Source: Schizochytrium sp. TIO01 (taxonomy: Eukaryota; Protista; Bigyra: Labyrinthulomycetes). From it: a stretch of DNA of 64,000 nt. The stretch spans positions 5,736,483 to 5,800,482 of the forward strand of contig SMSO01000032.1 of assembly GCA_004764695.1 (NCBI GenBank), given 5' to 3'. The translations under genes were made by a program, and so were the position numbers. The notes beneath the pieces were generated by a model. That model searched no databases, was not told where the DNA came from, and saw only the letters and a list, made by a program, of their open reading frames with translations. Below are positions 60,409-64,000 of this stretch, piece after piece; the stretch's first letter is position 1, and each line of letters starts with the position of its first letter.

Positions 60409-62384
60409 TGCATACCTCTTACCTTTGGCCGAGCATGTTTGATGACATGATTCTCTTGAATCTTTACAGCGTGGTTCGAGATTGGAGGCAATGGGTTATC
60501 AAAATAGTAACCTCGATAGATTCTTTCCGAGGGTTCATATCCTTCACGGCTTACATCTTGGTATATCGGACGATTCGAATGTAACTGTGGTTGTCCATAT
60601 GTACGGGCGGCTTGAATTGGAGAGTATCCGCTTCCTAAATTGACAGAATAATTGTAATTGTTTGATGATGGAAGATTTTTGTAATTAACATGCCGGGGTT
60701 GAATCGGGTTATTCACATATGCCTGTGAGTGTTGTGTATTATGTTGTTGAGAAAATGCATTCCCTAAATTAATAGAAGAATTACTCAGAGAGGTTTGATC
60801 TCGGTGAGGTACAATTGGGCTGGCATTGTATGACGTGGATTGTCTCTGTGGGTTTATTTGCTGAATTACAGGTATCTGTGAAGGATGATTACTATCCTGT
60901 TGTGGTGTGTCTAATTGAATTACAGGTTGCTGTGAAGGAGCATTACTGGCCTGTTGTGGTGGGTATAATTGAATTACAGGTTGCTGTGAAGGAGCATTAC
61001 TGATTGGCGCGTCTCCAAAGTGATTAGCTCGCTGACCATAATGACCTACATTTTGCGTTTCAGGTCTCAGCGACTTGTGATTAGTGGCTGACGGAGTTGC
61101 ATTGTAATCAAAATTCTGAGAAAATTTATCTGTGCTTTGTGGTTGGTTCACCCATGGGTTTTCATCATCGAATGGATTATGATTACCGTAACTAGTACTC
61201 TGGTTCGCATATTTTGTGGGAGATCCATGCTGATAAGCATTATGAACTGAATGCCCGCTGTTTCCGCTTCCATGCACAGAACCATTATTGTTATTTCCTA
61301 CATCATTTCTATAGACACCAGTTGAAACGAGGTTCTTTTGAACATCCTCGAATGGGACCAAAAATGGTAAGAAGGGGGACGCGTTGTCACCGAAATATGT
61401 ATTTTCGATTATACTGACATTTTCGCCGTTATCATCGCCATCAAGATTCGAGCTGAATAGCATTTGACGCATTATATATTGTGATGGGTCTTCTGAATAA
61501 TCTTTATCTACATCTTCATACCCTGATAACTCAGTCAACCCACTAATTCTATTTTCATTTTGTCCTTCATAAACAAAACTGCTGAGGATATCACCTTGAA
61601 ACGATCTAATACCATTTGAAATATTGAAGGTTTTTAAGTATTCCGAAAATTTATAATCAGCACAAAAAGAATATCTAACGGCCTGTAGACACTTTTGTAT
61701 ATGCATAATTTCATGTTCGCTATGGTCCTTAAGAATAAAATAATGACGGTAAATATATGCGATCGATGAGGGTAGCAAATCAAATGCCCCTGATCTCATA
61801 ACCTCTTCGATATTAGTTTCTTCTGATTCTTCTGGATCAAACACATTCGTCGAGATATAGTAGCCAGATGGAGTTGTACTTTTAAAGTGAGAGCCAGCCG
61901 CTATATCAACATCACGGATATTATATGATTGTTCGGTTTCACTTATACTATGTAAATACAAAAGTCTGTTCACATCTCTGCCAATAATTTGTCCAGCTTT
62001 ATCGTGCACACTTAACGGTTTATCATTAGCCACTGTATAATGGACAAAGTTATTAATTGCAAAATTAATGACTGCCTTATCATCTTTGTTTTCAGTTAAA
62101 TAAATATTATTCCAACGAGGTTCACTATGATTAAGTATGGTAACTTTAAGAACTTTCTTCCCATGTGGTGTCAATGAATCATTAATACAGTTAAGTTGAC
62201 CTAGTGTATAAGCCATAAGTGCATTATGAATGTTATACACATCTATTGAAAAGTACATAGCAAACTCACCATAATCATCACGCATTTTTTTATAATCCGT
62301 TTCATTAGGAATAACGATCTGACTATCACCTTGTGAGTTATTTCCCCTGAATTTATTATAAAATCCACTAAATGCCGCTTTCAT
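60405..62384 (-). CDS. Hypothetical protein with N/Q/P-rich C-terminus
   Basis: 659 aa; three 18-aa repeats of SNAPSQQPVIQL..PQQ type at ~60843-61004. Confidence 0.8.
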   Translation of the reverse strand: MKAAFSGFYNKFRGNNSQGDSQIVIPNETDYKKMRDDYGEFAMYFSIDVYNIHNALMAYTLGQLNCINDSLTPHGKKVLKVTILNHSEPRWNNIYLTENKDDKAVINFAINNFVHYTVANDKPLSVHDKAGQIIGRDVNRLLYLHSISETEQSYNIRDVDIAAGSHFKSTTPSGYYISTNVFDPEESEETNIEEVMRSGAFDLLPSSIAYIYRHYFILKDHSEHEIMHIQKCLQAVRYSFCADYKFSEYLKTFNISNGIRSFQGDILSSFVYEGQNENRISGLTELSGYEDVDKDYSEDPSQYIMRQMLFSSNLDGDDNGENVSIIENTYFGDNASPFLPFLVPFEDVQKNLVSTGVYRNDVGNNNNGSVHGSGNSGHSVHNAYQHGSPTKYANQSTSYGNHNPFDDENPWVNQPQSTDKFSQNFDYNATPSATNHKSLRPETQNVGHYGQRANHFGDAPISNAPSQQPVIQLYPPQQASNAPSQQPVIQLDTPQQDSNHPSQIPVIQQINPQRQSTSYNASPIVPHRDQTSLSNSSINLGNAFSQQHNTQHSQAYVNNPIQPRHVNYKNLPSSNNYNYSVNLGSGYSPIQAARTYGQPQLHSNRPIYQDVSREGYEPSERIYRGYYFDNPLPPISNHAVKIQENHVIKHARPKVRGMH

Positions 62385-62489
62385 ATCAGAATATCTATAT
62401 AGCTACCACTCGAATTATGATAATAGATGGTCTTTTTTTATATATAGACGGGCTACCCATTTAATTATACTTTTGAAAAGGAAAGAAAG

Positions 62490-63392
62490 ATGGAGTGTTT
62501 CCGCAGAAAACGAATGAATTCTGCTGGTAAGATTGAAACAGACATTTACACCTGTAGTATGGGTAAGTATACTCATATATTCTATGCATCAACCTACTGG
62601 TGTTTGTTCGTATGCAGTTGGACATTGGTAGACGAACCGCTTGATGTCAATCTGTATAATACTAAGGCATACATGGACTGCTCAATAGATGGAGATGGTA
62701 ACGCGAAGACATGCGTATCATCCTATGGTGTACAATTGGCATCATCAATCAAGGTGAGAACAGTCGTTAGTATGAATATAATGATTCTAGCTCTTTGTGA
62801 GACCATACTGGGTATTCTTCACAATTTGGATAACTACCTAGTGGAAACATCTATAGAGTACATTAAAACCACATCTAGTAGTTTATTGTGGACCCTGAGT
62901 ATTGGTGTGTTATGTGGCATCCAGGACATTAAGTTACTTTTCACATTAGGTATTATCGCATGTGAATCTCAATTTCTTCAATTCTTATTCGTCCAAGACG
63001 AAGATTCGTGGTACAGGTGGATATCATTCCTCGTTGGTTTTTTGAGTACCCTCACTTTGGTCTCAGTCATCCTTATAGCAAGTGTTATGTATAGTAGTGC
63101 CAGTGGTGACGTGACTGACTATTTTCACATTTATGTTAATTTATCAGTATTCAGTTTTTTCAAGATCATACAATGGGTACATCTTTTCTCTACTAACTTC
63201 TCTTCCTTTAGAGATCTGATATTCACTCACAAACCTGTCCCATCTATGGCATCTGGTATTGAAGATGATATAATGGAAGCATACCTGGACGCTCAGTATG
63301 TCATTTGGAGTTTACGTGATTGGTTCATGGAGGTTGCATTAGTCGTGAGTTTCATTGTATCTTCAAATTTACATAAGATTACTTATATTTAA
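62490..63392 (+). CDS. Heliorhodopsin-like seven-transmembrane protein, apparently lacking the retinal-binding Lys
   Basis: IEY...SSSLL..LSIGVLCGIQD resembles heliorhodopsin TM3-4; TM7 reads YVIWSLRDW versus the consensus YxxLSLxAK. Confidence 0.6.
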   Translation: MECFRRKRMNSAGKIETDIYTCSMGKYTHIFYASTYWCLFVCSWTLVDEPLDVNLYNTKAYMDCSIDGDGNAKTCVSSYGVQLASSIKVRTVVSMNIMILALCETILGILHNLDNYLVETSIEYIKTTSSSLLWTLSIGVLCGIQDIKLLFTLGIIACESQFLQFLFVQDEDSWYRWISFLVGFLSTLTLVSVILIASVMYSSASGDVTDYFHIYVNLSVFSFFKIIQWVHLFSTNFSSFRDLIFTHKPVPSMASGIEDDIMEAYLDAQYVIWSLRDWFMEVALVVSFIVSSNLHKITYI

Positions 63393-63784
63393 GGACGTTC
63401 AAATTGTGTGGAAACGAGTTGAAGATGCCTTTTTTTTAGCCGCGGCTTTAACAACAACTCGTGGAGAAAATCGTCAAACATTATCGTATAATGTCCGGTA
63501 GATAAAAAGCGGTTTAGAATGGCCACAACAAATTTGTCCAGAACGGGATTATCTCTTTGTGGAACTGATATTTTTTGACGCATAGTAGCAAATCTGAGTG
63601 TTTTTTCAAAACGATCAGGGTCAATTTTATATTCATACATAAGCATCGGATAGACATAGTGGCGTTGTGTATTCAGTGCTATCCATAGAATAAGCTCACG
63701 TTTTATAAAAGGTAAGTTATTATTTATTGCGTAGGAAATAGCATTGTTCATTACAAGTAATGTTCTTTCACATGGCATAGTCAT
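63389..63784 (-). CDS. Hypothetical protein
   Basis: First ATG at 63784, just after the stop of the upstream ORF. Confidence 0.6.
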   Translation of the reverse strand: MTMPCERTLLVMNNAISYAINNNLPFIKRELILWIALNTQRHYVYPMLMYEYKIDPDRFEKTLRFATMRQKISVPQRDNPVLDKFVVAILNRFLSTGHYTIMFDDFLHELLLKPRLKKRHLQLVSTQFERP

Positions 63785-63789
63785 AAAAG

Positions 63790-64000
63790 TTACCCTACAA
63801 CAATCTTCAGGAGTTCTGATCTGTCTTTCTGAGACAGTCGTTCCACAACCCAACTGTATCGCGTGAAGAGAGAAGATAGCTTAATAGCGAGATGCGGGAC
63901 TGCTGCCAATTCATGGTATGACATCAATGCAATGAGATCTTTCATACTTGCAACACGTGTAATTGTGATGGGTGTCCCGTCTGTTGATATTTTAGTTCTA
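63790..64000 (-). CDS. Hypothetical protein, probably truncated by the window edge
   Basis: Frame is open from the window end to TAA at 63790 (...ERLSQKDRSELLKIVVG*). Confidence 0.5.
   Translation of the reverse strand, partial: RTKISTDGTPITITRVASMKDLIALMSYHELAAVPHLAIKLSSLFTRYSWVVERLSQKDRSELLKIVVG

Noticed and set aside
6052-61417. Many 60-170 aa antisense or nested ORFs (e.g. 6638-7048, 15051-15440, 23495-23995, 54546-54896)
   Set aside because: They are shadows of longer motif-bearing genes or of repeats, often with non-ATG starts.
63854-63885. Apparent 3' splice site (pyrimidine tract plus CAG) before the 63389-63853 ORF
   Set aside because: Another minus-strand frame is open across it to a stop at 63790, and an ATG at 63784 explains the downstream gene without splicing.
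1-64000. Bacteriophage, bacterial or host-chromosome origin; tRNA or rRNA genes
   Set aside because: TBP, TFIIB, ESCRT-III, RING and NLS-like features indicate a eukaryotic virus, and the density and lack of evident introns argue against host DNA. No RNA gene was recognised by eye.

Overview
This gene-dense, roughly 38-40% GC window looks like part of a large eukaryotic dsDNA virus, most likely a mirusvirus (Mirusviricota, Duplodnaviria); no introns were evident. It has a herpesvirus-like packaging module: a terminase large subunit (55277-57097) and an assemblin/HK97-type capsid maturation protease (59896-60408). It also has Nucleocytoviricota/eukaryote-like informational genes: TBP, TFIIB, a poxvirus-type RuvC resolvase, a PrimPol-like primase, PIF1 and SMARCAL1-like helicases, two DEDDh exonucleases and a dNMP kinase. 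A heliorhodopsin-like gene and many membrane or secreted proteins are present (ADAM-like protease, sulfatase, PAN-domain and PT-repeat proteins). No major capsid protein, portal, DNA polymerase or RNA polymerase was recognised here. The main highlights are: (1) three ESCRT-III proteins of apparently different subfamilies (CHMP2-, Snf7/CHMP4- and CHMP1-like), plus an unlisted 50-aa myristoylation-motif ORF, suggesting a virus-encoded membrane-scission system; (2) four copies of a ~280-bp non-coding element ending in four 9-mers and a G6 boundary, arranged as two direct and two inverted copies, whose subtype order suggests inversion of the 7.4-kb segment between them; (3) a recurrent AGCA(A/G)A(A)CCC-TAAC-like motif upstream of about 18 genes, a candidate viral promoter. 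All family assignments come from motif recognition by eye; no searches were run.
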